This document shows positions 24,131-24,599 of a DNA stretch of 24,599 bases, in pieces. Location: contig DATBWY010000078.1 of the NCBI GenBank assembly GCA_036514555.1, positions 1 through 24,599 on the forward strand, in the 5' to 3' direction. A program made the position numbers and the translations under genes. The notes under the pieces are model-generated. The model had not been told where the DNA came from. It saw only the letters and a program-made list of their open reading frames with translations, and made no database searches. How positions within the stretch are numbered: the first letter of the stretch is position 1; each line of letters opens with the position of its first letter. This DNA is from Candidatus Subteraquimicrobiales bacterium (lineage in GTDB: Bacteria; Actinomycetota; Aquicultoria; Subteraquimicrobiales; DATBWY01).

Positions 24131-24599
24131 ATGAGAACCGTTAACGCCATAGTTCTACATTACACAGCCTCGGACGATGTTTCGGCGGCGATAATTGATG
24201 CTTGGCATCGCCAAAGAGGCTGGTCTCAAATTGGTTACCACAAAGTTATCCGTCGGGATGGCTCTTTAGAGGAGGGACGCCCGGAGCCCTTGACGGGGGC
24301 CCACACCAGAGGCCACAACGAGAATACCTTGGGTGTCGTTCTGACGGGGGCGGATGTTTTCTCCTGGTACCCGACCCTAGCGCAGTATCAAACTTTGGTT
24401 TCAGTACTCTTAGGCTGGTTGAGGGATTATAACGTTCATTCCTCCCAAATTTTTCTTCACCGGGATTTGAACCCGACCCAGTGTCCGGGGAGGCTTGATA
24501 AGAAATATATCCTAAGAAAAGTTGCCGGAACCGATGAACCCTTCCCTAAACCGCCGCCTCTGCCCGTTTCCCCGGAACGAGGAGCTTTAAAACTTACCA
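24131..24599 (+). CDS. N-acetylmuramoyl-L-alanine amidase (Amidase_2 / T7 lysozyme-like), 3'-truncated, not in ORF track
   Basis: ATG 24131 with AAGGAG at 24111-24116. Translation MRTVNAIVLHYTAS...IDAWHRQRGWSQIGYHKVIRRDG...EGRP...GAHTRGHN...HRDLNPTQCPG shows the His/Tyr/His/Cys amidase pattern, then a Pro-rich linker. Frame is open to the window end. Confidence 0.93.
   Translation, partial: MRTVNAIVLHYTASDDVSAAIIDAWHRQRGWSQIGYHKVIRRDGSLEEGRPEPLTGAHTRGHNENTLGVVLTGADVFSWYPTLAQYQTLVSVLLGWLRDYNVHSSQIFLHRDLNPTQCPGRLDKKYILRKVAGTDEPFPKPPPLPVSPERGALKLT

Noticed and set aside
24202-24432. 76-aa plus-strand ORF in the track
   Set aside because: Out-of-frame overlap with the amidase ORF starting at 24131.

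Overview
24.6-kb chromosomal, mostly housekeeping window. No CRISPR array, tRNA, rRNA, integrase or transposase was seen. In order: the 3' part of a Cu(I)-type P1B ATPase; a small Cys/His protein missing from the ORF track; a TPP riboswitch with terminator controlling thi4 - uncharacterised gene - thiE - thiC - thiL. This operon runs directly into yggS-sepF-proC-yggT-divIVA, followed by ileS, a DksA/TraR-type gene, lspA, an RluA/RluD synthase, a DAG-kinase-family gene and a 30-aa bS22-like ribosomal protein (also missing from the track). On the minus strand lies an EF-G paralogue plus a four-Cys PD-(D/E)XK nuclease. Then come an L,D-transpeptidase, thiD, a YfcE-like phosphoesterase, rpmB, mutM and the start of a T7-lysozyme-like amidase (missing from the track). 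Gene content suggests a monoderm, probably deep-branching Actinomycetota lineage (inference). Best candidate for an undescribed system: a Cys-type (suicide) Thi4 with an uncharacterised degenerate archaemetzincin-like Zn-finger protein embedded in the same riboswitch operon, where the ADP-thiazole hydrolysis step has no assigned gene. All family assignments come from motif recognition; no database search was run.
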